Source of the DNA: Spirochaetia bacterium
Lineage (GTDB): Bacteria > Spirochaetota > Spirochaetia > SZUA-6 > Bin103
Reading direction: 5' to 3'
Assembly (NCBI GenBank): GCA_965203905.1
Contig: CBDBDQ010000005.1
Span: forward strand, 2,624,001 to 2,688,000
DNA: 64,000 nt
Shown here: positions 21,747-29,798 of the stretch, piece after piece
How positions within the stretch are numbered: the stretch's first letter is position 1
Layout of the letters: every line of letters begins with the position of its first letter
Notes under the pieces: generated by a model
Told to the model about the DNA's origin: nothing
The model's input: only the letters and a program-made list of their open reading frames with translations
Database searches by the model: none
Translations under genes and position numbers: made by a program

Positions 21747-22750
21747 GGGTGGCCCCCGACTGGGCGCGGGCGCCCTCGGTCGTGCTGGTGGTACAGCGCG
21801 GCGATCACCTCTTCGAGGGGCGGATCGGAGATGGTGATGTCGAGCACCGTGTTGCGTTCCAGAATGGCGCGCACCACCGCCTCCACCCGAGTACGGGCGG
21901 TATCCACCTCCAGCCGGGCGCTGTAGCGCGTGGCATCGCGGACGGTGACGTCCCTCCGGTCCAGCACCAGCGGCCCGGCCAGCTTGAGGTCCATGATCCT
22001 GGTGGTCAGCAGAGAGCGCTTCAACTCGTCGATGGCGCCGTCCCACACGATGCGTCCGTGGTTGATCACGACGGCGCGGCGGCACACCTGCTCGACGTCG
22101 CCGGTGTCGTGGGAGGTAAGGAACACCGTAACCCCCCGTTCGCGGTTGACGCGGGCGATCAGGTCGCGGATGCGCTGCCGGATCACCACGTCCAGTCCGA
22201 TGGTAGGCTCGTCCAGGAACAGCAGCTCCGGGGCGTGGATCAGCGAGGCCGCGATCTCGCAGCGGATGCGCTCGCCGAGCGACAGCTTGCGCACCGGCGT
22301 GGTCAGATGGCGTCCGATGTCGAACACCTCGGTCAGCGCGGCGATGCGCTCCCGCGCCCGGCGCGGCTCCAGGTCGTAGACGTCGGCCAGCAGCTTGAAG
22401 GTGTCGAGCGGCGGCAGGTGGAACCAGAGCTGTGACTTCTGCCCGAACACCGTGCCCAGGCGGTAGGCCAGCCGCCGGCGCTGCCGCTGCGGGTCGTGGC
22501 CCAGCACCGAGACTACACCGGCGTCGCGCTGCAGGATGCCGGTCAGGAGCTTGATGGTGGTCGACTTGCCGGCACCGTTGGGGCCGATGAAGGCGATCGC
22601 CTCGCCCGGCTCGACCTCCAGGTCGATGTCGTCCACCGCAGCTACCGTGCGCCAGCGGGGCATCACCATGCCGCGCAGCGCGCCCGCCACGCCGGTCGTG
22701 CGTTCCCGCACCCGGAACCGTTTCTGCAAATTGCGTGCCTGGATGATCAT
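21743..22750 (-). CDS. ABC exporter ATP-binding subunit
   Basis: GPNGAGKST, LSLGER, LFLDEPTIGLD and LTSH motifs. Confidence 0.95.
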   Translation of the reverse strand: MIIQARNLQKRFRVRERTTGVAGALRGMVMPRWRTVAAVDDIDLEVEPGEAIAFIGPNGAGKSTTIKLLTGILQRDAGVVSVLGHDPQRQRRRLAYRLGTVFGQKSQLWFHLPPLDTFKLLADVYDLEPRRARERIAALTEVFDIGRHLTTPVRKLSLGERIRCEIAASLIHAPELLFLDEPTIGLDVVIRQRIRDLIARVNRERGVTVFLTSHDTGDVEQVCRRAVVINHGRIVWDGAIDELKRSLLTTRIMDLKLAGPLVLDRRDVTVRDATRYSARLEVDTARTRVEAVVRAILERNTVLDITISDPPLEEVIAALYHQHDRGRPRPVGGHP

Positions 22751-22806
22751 CGGTGCTGCCTCCTGGGCCTGTGGCCACGGGCTTCACGCCACCGCCGCGC
22801 ACCAAT

Positions 22807-22838
22807 GAAAAAGGCCCTGCCGCAATGGCAGGGCCTTC
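22807..22838 (-). terminator. Intrinsic terminator/attenuator hairpin upstream of the ABC operon
   Basis: Minus strand AAGGCCCTGCC-attgc-GGCAGGGCC-TTTTT, about 55 nt before the ATPase start. Confidence 0.85.
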
Positions 22839-22861
22839 TCACTTGCCGCGACCGGCGCCGC

Positions 22862-22957
22862 TTACCCTGCCAGATGGACCTCCTCTACAATGAGGACGTA
22901 CCGCGCATGCGTCATCGATAGCGTCAACAGGACTGTGCAGACCGGCGCGTCGCTCAT
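22862..22957 (-). CDS. Putative leader peptide (MSDAPVCTVLLTLS-MTHARYVLIVEEVHLAG*; 31 aa, or 17 aa from the ATG at 22915)
   Basis: Open frame ending just before the terminator. Its last codons CTG GCA GGG are complementary to the terminator 5' arm. Confidence 0.65.
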   Translation of the reverse strand: MSDAPVCTVLLTLSMTHARYVLIVEEVHLAG

Positions 22958-22970
22958 TGGAGTAGCGTGG

Positions 22971-23000
22971 TTCCTACACCGGCCGATCTGCGTGTGTCAA
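22971..23000 (-). promoter_or_regulatory. Candidate sigma70 promoter of the leader
   Basis: TTGACA-N18-TAGGAA. Consensus -35, weak -10. Confidence 0.35.
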
Positions 23001-23158
23001 CCACCCGCCGCGAGCGAAGCGAGCGAACGACAGCGAGCGACCACGCTACCGCCGCCGTCCAGACTGACGCTACGGCGGAACTACCAATCTGTTACTAATC
23101 CACTGAGAATTAGTAATACGGGTCATGGGATGCGTGGTTGGCCGGGCGGACTGGATGT

Positions 23159-23551
23159 CTACGAGGGGGTGAGCCAGCGCGCCGCGAGGATGCCGAGCGC
23201 GGTGGCCAGCAGGCAGCCGCCGACGTTCAGGCCGATGTTGGCGCACAGCGCGAGCCAGCGGCCGCCCTGCCAGAGCAGCACCGTCTCGTGGCTGAACGCC
23301 GAGAACGTGGTGAACGCGCCCAGGAAGCCCACCATCGCCAGCAGCCGGAGCGAGCTGTCGGTCAGTACGCGATCGGCGAGCGCGGTCACCAGGAAGCCGA
23401 GCGCCAGCGAACCGATCACGTTCACGGCCAGGGTGCCGTAGGGGAAGTGCTCGGTACGGGCCTGGAACCATCCGCCTACGAGGTACCGTCCCAGCGCTCC
23501 GAGGAACCCGCCCGCACCGACCAGCGCCCCGTCCCGCAGCCAATCGCTCAT
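23159..23551 (-). CDS. crcB: Fluoride efflux channel CrcB/Fluc
   Basis: GGFLGALGRY, FPYGTLAVN and GFLGAFTTFSAF motifs. Confidence 0.95.
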   Translation of the reverse strand: MSDWLRDGALVGAGGFLGALGRYLVGGWFQARTEHFPYGTLAVNVIGSLALGFLVTALADRVLTDSSLRLLAMVGFLGAFTTFSAFSHETVLLWQGGRWLALCANIGLNVGGCLLATALGILAARWLTPS

Positions 23552-23570
23552 CCGCGCGCTCCGCACCCGG

Positions 23571-24014
23571 TCACGCGGGCTCGCCCTCGGCATCCGGCGG
23601 CCGGGCCGGATAGATGCTTACCAGTACCGAGGCGCCGAGCTTCGCGATCCGATCTACCGTTTCCGGCTTCAGCTCGGAACGAAAGCAGCTCACCGCTGAC
23701 GGCGTGCGGCTCGGCGCGTTGCTCTCCGCGGTATCGATCGCGTAGCCGAGGTTGAAGGTCTTTCGGTAGGCGCCGTCCCAGGTCGCCCTGGGGTGTTCCT
23801 CCAGATTCTCGACTACGCTGCAGAACACGTCGATCTGAGCGTCCGGGTCGGTGGCGGCTCCGGCGCCGGTATACTCGAACGCAACCGAGAAGCCACGCTT
23901 CGATTCTCGATAGTCGAACGAGACAACGTCCCATCCCGAGAACGCATCGAACAGGTACCCGAGTGGGCGCGGGCTTTCGATCTCGAGTTGGGCGCTGACG
24001 AATCGTGCGGCCAT
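23571..24014 (-). CDS. Hypothetical protein (DUF4279-like C-terminus), paralog of the upstream gene
   Basis: MAARFVSAQLEIESPR...ELKPETVDRIAKLGASVLVSIY. Confidence 0.65.
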   Translation of the reverse strand: MAARFVSAQLEIESPRPLGYLFDAFSGWDVVSFDYRESKRGFSVAFEYTGAGAATDPDAQIDVFCSVVENLEEHPRATWDGAYRKTFNLGYAIDTAESNAPSRTPSAVSCFRSELKPETVDRIAKLGASVLVSIYPARPPDAEGEPA

Positions 24015-24437
24015 CAGTTGTCTCCCTCGTGCGTCGGGCAGTCGGCATCCAGGTCGGCAACTGGCCTGGTGTAGATGCTCACGGCGATCGAAGCCCTCAG
24101 TGCAGCCGCTCTCCTTACGGTGTCCGCCTTGAGCTCGGAGCGGAAGAATCCGAGGGAGGAATCGCATTCGTACCCCAGGTCGAACTTGCGGGAGAAGGCG
24201 GCCATCCAGGTTGCGCGTGCCTCGTCCCGAAGTTGCTCGATGACGTCACAAAACCCCGCAATGATGCTGTTGGGCTCATAGGACTGGTAAGTGGAGAGCT
24301 CGAAGCCGGCGAAATAGCCACGTTCAGTCTTGAAATAAGCTGAGATTAAAGATGGTTCCAAGAAAGTCGGCGAGAACATATTCAAGCGAGCGCGGGCTCT
24401 CGATTTCGAGGTCGCAGTTGATGAACCTGACCGCCAT
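24014..24437 (-). pseudogene. Frameshifted tandem paralog of 23571-24014
   Basis: Starts MAVRFINCDLEIESPRSLEY at 24437. The frame shifts near 24350-24365 and continues ...FRSELKADTVRRAAALRASIAVSIY. Confidence 0.7.
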
Positions 24438-24450
24438 CCGGGAACGGCTG

Positions 24451-25251
24451 CTACGCGAGGCCCGTGAGTGCCGCGCTCACGTCCCACAGCTCGGCGGCGA
24501 GGCGGCGGTCGCCGGCTGCTGACGAGGCGCGGGTCTGGCGCTGGTTGACGAAATACGCGCCGGTGACGTCGGCCAACTTCGGGGCGAGAGCGAGGTGCAC
24601 CGGGGTGCGGGCGCCGGCCGCCACCGGACTGCCGCCGCCGAAGTTGACGTGCAGCAGCTTGGTGTCGATCACGCCGGGGTGCAGGAAGTTGGCGCTGACC
24701 TCGCGCGCGTCCAGGCGGCGCGCCAACTCGCAGGTGAACAGCGCGTTGGCGAGCTTGGAGTTGCAATACGCCTGCCAGCCGTCGAAACCGCGTTCCATCT
24801 GCAGGTCGTCGAAGTCGATGTGACCGCTGCCGTGCACGCCGGAGCTGACGTTGACGATGCGCGCGGGGGCGCTGGCGCGCAGCCGCTCCAGCAGCAGGTT
24901 GGTCAGCAGGAACGGCGCGAGGTGGTTGACGGCAAAGGTGCTCTCGTAGCCGTCGGCGGTGGTGTCGCGGCGGCGCACGGCGATGCCGGCGTTGTTGATC
25001 AGCACGTCGAGCCGCGGGCAGGTGCGCAGGACCTGCGCTGCCATTGCACGCACTTCAGCCAACGCCGCAAAGTCGGCGGCCACCGGCGTCACCTGCCGGT
25101 TGCCGGTGGCGTCTGCGATCTCACGTGCCGCGGCGCCGGCGCGGTTCTCGTTGCGCCCGTGCACGATCACGGCGCAGCCCCGCTCGGCCAGCGCCAGGGC
25201 GGTGGCGCGCCCGATGCCGTCGGTGCTCCCGGTTACCAGAATCGTCTTCAC
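24451..25251 (-). CDS. SDR family oxidoreductase
   Basis: TGSTDGIG, NNAG, NHLAPF, YCNSK and LHPG motifs. Confidence 0.93.
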   Translation of the reverse strand: MKTILVTGSTDGIGRATALALAERGCAVIVHGRNENRAGAAAREIADATGNRQVTPVAADFAALAEVRAMAAQVLRTCPRLDVLINNAGIAVRRRDTTADGYESTFAVNHLAPFLLTNLLLERLRASAPARIVNVSSGVHGSGHIDFDDLQMERGFDGWQAYCNSKLANALFTCELARRLDAREVSANFLHPGVIDTKLLHVNFGGGSPVAAGARTPVHLALAPKLADVTGAYFVNQRQTRASSAAGDRRLAAELWDVSAALTGLA

Positions 25252-25378
25252 GCGGGCGAGTATGGCATGTACGACAGGAGGCTGTCGGATTGGCGCGTCA
25301 GCGGCACATCCGACAGCGCTCCGAACGGTAGGCACGGCTGGGCCGAAAGCGACGCCGCGAGGCGACGGTTTCGGGGCG

Positions 25379-25831
25379 CTACACCCACTGCTGCGCCTGC
25401 ACCGCAAACGGCGCAGTGGTGTAGGACTGGAACAGGACCCGGCCGTCGAACGCCAGGAGCTGACGCAGCCGTTGCCGGTATCCGGGGTGCTCGATCATCT
25501 CCTCCGCGGCGGCCTTCGAGACCCAGGCCGTGGCGATGGTTTCGTCGCCCGCGACGGCCTCTCCCGACTGCCAGGAGCCGAGGAAGTCGAAGATGACGCG
25601 GCTGGCGCTCAGGTTCGAGTACACGCCCACCAGCCGTTCGACCGTCGCCACGACGCCGGCCTCCTCCAGCACTTCGCGCACCACGCCGTCGAGCACCGAC
25701 TCGCCCTCTTCGATCTGACCGCCGGGAAACTCCCAGCCGCGGCGCGGGGTGCGCACGAGCAGCACCTGGTCTCCCCGCTGCACGAGCATGCCGGCGGCTA
25801 CGGTATGCCTGGGATGAGCTGGCGGGTTCAC
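25379..25831 (-). CDS. NUDIX hydrolase
   Basis: PGGQIEEGESVLDGVVREVLEEAG Nudix box. Confidence 0.9.
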   Translation of the reverse strand: MNPPAHPRHTVAAGMLVQRGDQVLLVRTPRRGWEFPGGQIEEGESVLDGVVREVLEEAGVVATVERLVGVYSNLSASRVIFDFLGSWQSGEAVAGDETIATAWVSKAAAEEMIEHPGYRQRLRQLLAFDGRVLFQSYTTAPFAVQAQQWV

Positions 25832-25860
25832 GGGCACAGCCGGACCATAGCAGGGATTCG

Positions 25861-25887
25861 CAGGACGTGGGTGTCGAGCAGGATCAC
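25861..25887 (-). pseudogene. 9-codon stub of a VapC/PIN toxin
   Basis: GTG ATC CTG CTC GAC ACC CAC GTC CTG (VILLDTHVL) overlaps the antitoxin stop, then the similarity ends. Confidence 0.6.
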
Positions 25888-26126
25888 AGTTCGACCGGTC
25901 TTTGCTTCTGGTCGTGCTCCCGGATATACGGCTCGACATCTTCGCCCGGCTCGACCACCGCCATCAGATTGTATGGATACGGGGGAGTGCACTCGATCGG
26001 TTCATGTGCTGCCTGGTCGAGGATCGATCGGGCGAGCGCTTCGAGGCTGCAGCCGCTTCGCTCTGCGCGTTTGCGGAGCCGCTCCTTCGACTCGTCCGAC
26101 AGTCGGCGAACGGTGATGCTGGCCAT
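25884..26126 (-). CDS. FitA-like ribbon-helix-helix antitoxin
   Basis: MASITVRRLSDESKERLRKRAERSGCSLEALARSIL, with an upstream AGGAGG. Confidence 0.85.
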   Translation of the reverse strand: MASITVRRLSDESKERLRKRAERSGCSLEALARSILDQAAHEPIECTPPYPYNLMAVVEPGEDVEPYIREHDQKQRPVEL

Positions 26127-26267
26127 GAAACCTCCTGCGATCGCCAGGACGACTGCACGCAATCACTTGCTCCGCAAGATTGAGGCGCGCTGGTAACGGC
26201 CGCGCGGGTGATCGCAGGGATGACGCGATGGAGCCGGGTGCGCCCGCCGCCGCGTCGGCGCCGGCCT

Positions 26268-26753
26268 TCACCCACTGCCGCGGTCGCGGCGTACCCAGGA
26301 CAGCGGTTGTCCCGACAGCGCGGCCGCCATGGCATCCAACTCGGTGCGCGGGACCTCGGGTACGTGCTGGATGCCGTACTCGATCTTTCCTGCGTTCAGG
26401 TAGGCGAACCGGCTCGAGGTGATATCCGTCGGACCCCGCTGCGGAACCACGATCAGGTGGGCATGGGCAACGCCGAACCCGTGCACCACCAGCCCGACGC
26501 GCAACGGCTTCAGCGCATGGCGGATGGCGCGCGAAAACCGCTGTGCCAGCATCATGATGTGGGCCGCAAGCGCATCCGGAACATCGCAGAAGTGGTCGAT
26601 GTGCTGTTTCGGGATCAGCATCAATTCGCCGGGATTGATCGGGCGGATGCCCATGAAGCCGAGGCACGACCGGTCCTCGTAGACCCGGCTGCAAGGCGCC
26701 CGCCCGGCAACGATCTCGCAGAACACACAGAAAGGTCGTTCGGAACCCATCAC
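26268..26753 (-). CDS. HIT family hydrolase
   Basis: CVFCEI and VAHAHLIVVP (atypical third position of the His triad). Confidence 0.85.
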   Translation of the reverse strand: MMGSERPFCVFCEIVAGRAPCSRVYEDRSCLGFMGIRPINPGELMLIPKQHIDHFCDVPDALAAHIMMLAQRFSRAIRHALKPLRVGLVVHGFGVAHAHLIVVPQRGPTDITSSRFAYLNAGKIEYGIQHVPEVPRTELDAMAAALSGQPLSWVRRDRGSG

Positions 26754-27937
26754 CGGATAAAGTAGCGCCGCGCGCGGGTCTTGCCCTCGGCACGTATCAG
26801 TCCGGCATGTACGAGCTTGTGGAACAGGGCGCGAACGGTTGCCGGCGGGGCTCCGATCAGCTTGACGCCTTCGGGAGTCGAGAGGCTGCCCCGGCGCCGA
26901 ATTTCATCAAGCAGCATCTGAGCCTGTTTGGTCATGGGACCGCCGGCGACGGGTACGATGAGGTTCGCGAGGGCGTAGCGCGAGCCCCCGCGGATACCAA
27001 TGCGCGCCAACAAGCCTTTGGTCTGGGCACGTGCAAGCAGTTCGCGCGTGTCCGATTCCGGCATCGCTTCACGAACCTGGCGCGGAGCGATGGAGCCACC
27101 GGCGCGGCGGACCTCGATCAGCAGGCGACGTTCATCTGCCGTCAGATGCACATCTTCGAGCGCCTGAAGCCAAAGTTGCTCCTCCACGTCGATTACGCTG
27201 CGGTTGTAGAGCGTGACGGTCACCGAACTGTCGGTCGCGGCGAAGACCGGCGGTTCCAGCAGGCGCGACTCCATCTCCTGATACATGCGCTCGATTCCCT
27301 CACCGTACTCTTCGACCAGTCCCACGGTCTTCAAGACCCGCATGATCCGTGGATTACGGCTGTAGTGCTCGGAGCGCATGTTTTCGAGCGTAATGTGACC
27401 GGGAAGCGACCCGGGACTGTGGATCTCGATGCGGTCGTCCCAGATGCTGATGTCCACGGTGCTGCCTTTCAGGCCATAGTCACGATGGGCGAGAGCGTTG
27501 ACAATCGCTTCTCGCAACACCGCTCGGGGGTACTCGTGCAGCAACTCCCGTCTCGATCCGGTGACTGCTTCCACGCTTCGCGTGTGGTCGGCGATGAACC
27601 TCAGGCAGCAGTCGACGGTCGTCACCAACGGTGCGGAACACTCCTCACGGGCGGTGGCCGGGCCGGGTCCGGGGCCCACACCCACGCGGCGCACGAGTTG
27701 CACGGCGGCACCCCGGATCACCTCCCGGGGCTTCGACGCGAACAGAATGGCGGCGGCCTGCAACACGCTGCTTCCCAGTGGCGGGGGGGCTGCGGCGGCG
27801 ACATTCAGGTCGGTAAGGGCACGGGACAGCTGAGTTGGTCCGACCGGGCTACGCCCATCGGCGGTCAGCGCCTGGTTTACCGCATCGAGGCTGATCGTTT
27901 CCTGTCGGAGCAGCGCCAGGGGTTCATTCTTGGCCAC
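26750..27937 (-). CDS. ATP-binding protein with RecG-C-terminal/HATPase_c_4 domain and wHTH; probably lacks the N-terminal AlbA_2 domain
   Basis: REAIVNALAHRDY, IEIHSPGSLP, SRNPRI and EEYGEGI motifs. The N-terminus appears truncated. Confidence 0.75.
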   Translation of the reverse strand: MAKNEPLALLRQETISLDAVNQALTADGRSPVGPTQLSRALTDLNVAAAAPPPLGSSVLQAAAILFASKPREVIRGAAVQLVRRVGVGPGPGPATAREECSAPLVTTVDCCLRFIADHTRSVEAVTGSRRELLHEYPRAVLREAIVNALAHRDYGLKGSTVDISIWDDRIEIHSPGSLPGHITLENMRSEHYSRNPRIMRVLKTVGLVEEYGEGIERMYQEMESRLLEPPVFAATDSSVTVTLYNRSVIDVEEQLWLQALEDVHLTADERRLLIEVRRAGGSIAPRQVREAMPESDTRELLARAQTKGLLARIGIRGGSRYALANLIVPVAGGPMTKQAQMLLDEIRRRGSLSTPEGVKLIGAPPATVRALFHKLVHAGLIRAEGKTRARRYFIR

Positions 27938-28119
27938 ATTCCTGCCCCCAGTCTGCTCCAGGACGGGACAAGCCCTAGGGTTCCGCCATGAAGCGGTTGT
28001 AGGACGCACGGGGCGGTGCTTGCCCTGCGCGGCCTGGGACGCAACAATGCGGCCCGCGAGCGGCGCCGCAGGCGCGTCCCACTGAAGTCCCTCAGCTCGC
28101 GGGAGAGGAATATCGACCA

Positions 28120-29718
28120 ATGCCCAGGATGACCGGCGGCCAGGCGCTGGCCCGGCAGTTGTATCGGGAAGGCGTGCGGGTGATTTTCGGCCTGCCCGGA
28201 GTGCAGCTCTACCACCTGCTGGACGGGCTCCACGAGCAGTCGGGGATCCGCTTCATCACCACCCGCCACGAGCAGGCCACCACCTACATGGCCGACGGGT
28301 TCTCGCGCGCCGGCGGCGGCATCGGCACCGCCCTCGTGGTGCCCGGACCGGGGCTGCAGAACGCCTCCGCCGGCATCGGCACCGCCTACTCCGCGTCGTC
28401 GCCAATCCTGGTCATCGCGGGACAGGTGGAGCAGGACCTGATCGGGGTCGACCGCGGCGTGCTGCACGAGATCAACGATCAGCTCGACACCGTCCGGCCG
28501 GTGATCAAGTGGGGCCGGCGCATACTGGCGGCGCGGGATGTGCCCGGTGCCGTCCGCGAGGCGTTCCATCAGTTGCAGTCGGGCCGGCCGCGTCCGGTCG
28601 AGATAGAGATTCCTCCCGATACCCTCGCCGAGCAAGCGGACGTGGAGCTGGTCGAGCCGGTGAACTACCGGCGTCCGGCGGCTGCCGAGGCGGAGATCCG
28701 GCGCGGCGCCGAGTTGCTGGCCGGCGCGACCAATCCGGCGATCTGGGCCGGCGGCGGCGTACACTTGGCGGACGCCCACGCCGAGCTGCTGCAGGTGGCC
28801 GAGCATCTGCAGGCGCCGGTGTTCGCCACCGGCGAGGGCCGCGGCGCGGTCTCCGACCGGCACTACCTGTCGCTCGGTCCGATCAGCTTCGGGCGCGACT
28901 CCTACCGCGAGCGCCGCGGCGAACATGACCTGATCTTCGCCGTCGGCACCCGCCTGGCGACGCCGGGGTTGCTCGACGGCCAGCAGGTGCTGCAGCTCGA
29001 TATCGACCCGCAGGAGATCGGCCGTAACCACCAGCCAACCGCCGGCATGGTGGGCGATGCGCGCGCCACGCTGGCCGCCCTGTACGAACAGCTCGCCGGT
29101 ATGATGCCGCCGCGCCCGAGCCGCGAGGCGGAACTGGAGGCGCTCTACGCGGAACGGTTCGACGGTGCCGCGGAACCCGAGCCGCTGAAGTCGTTCATGC
29201 GCGCGATCCGCGCCGGCGTGCCCGACGACGGCATCATCGTCCAGGACTTCACCCAGCTCGGCTACTACAGCCGCTCCCACTGCCCGATCTACGCGCCGCG
29301 CTCCTACATCACCCCCTCCTACTTCGGCACCTTGGGCTACGGCTATCCCACGGCGCTCGGCGCCAAGGTGGCGCAACCCGACAAGGCGGTGGTGGCGATC
29401 TGCGGCGACGGCGGCTTCCTGTATAACTCGCAGGAGCTGGCGACCGCCGTCAAGTACGGCATCGCCGCGGTGGCGGTCGTGTTCAACGACAACGCCTTCG
29501 GCAACGTGCTGCGCGATCAGCGCAATCGCTTCGGCGGCCGCGTGTACGGCTCCGAGCTGTACAACCCGGACTTCATGAAGCTGGCCGACGCCTACGGCGT
29601 GCGCGGGGAACGGGTGACGGACGCCGCGGGCCTGGAGGCGGCGCTGAAGCGGGCCGTCGCCGGCGCTGCTCCGAGCCTGATCGAAGTGCCGGTCGGGGAG
29701 CTGCCGACACCCTACTGA
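28120..29718 (+). CDS. Thiamine pyrophosphate-binding protein (acetolactate synthase-like)
   Basis: FGLPG, RHEQ, PGPG and GDGG...NDN TPP motif. Confidence 0.93.
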   Translation: MPRMTGGQALARQLYREGVRVIFGLPGVQLYHLLDGLHEQSGIRFITTRHEQATTYMADGFSRAGGGIGTALVVPGPGLQNASAGIGTAYSASSPILVIAGQVEQDLIGVDRGVLHEINDQLDTVRPVIKWGRRILAARDVPGAVREAFHQLQSGRPRPVEIEIPPDTLAEQADVELVEPVNYRRPAAAEAEIRRGAELLAGATNPAIWAGGGVHLADAHAELLQVAEHLQAPVFATGEGRGAVSDRHYLSLGPISFGRDSYRERRGEHDLIFAVGTRLATPGLLDGQQVLQLDIDPQEIGRNHQPTAGMVGDARATLAALYEQLAGMMPPRPSREAELEALYAERFDGAAEPEPLKSFMRAIRAGVPDDGIIVQDFTQLGYYSRSHCPIYAPRSYITPSYFGTLGYGYPTALGAKVAQPDKAVVAICGDGGFLYNSQELATAVKYGIAAVAVVFNDNAFGNVLRDQRNRFGGRVYGSELYNPDFMKLADAYGVRGERVTDAAGLEAALKRAVAGAAPSLIEVPVGELPTPY

Positions 29719-29798
29719 CTCTGGCCGCCGCGCCGCCGCACGCCGCCGTGGGCGGCTGTGGCCATTCCCGGCGTGGGCAGTTAGTATCGGTCGCTGCG

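Noticed and set aside
23551-23700. Fluoride riboswitch upstream of crcB
   Set aside because: Only about 20 nt of intergenic space and no GGCGAUGG..UUCGCC-like core seen.
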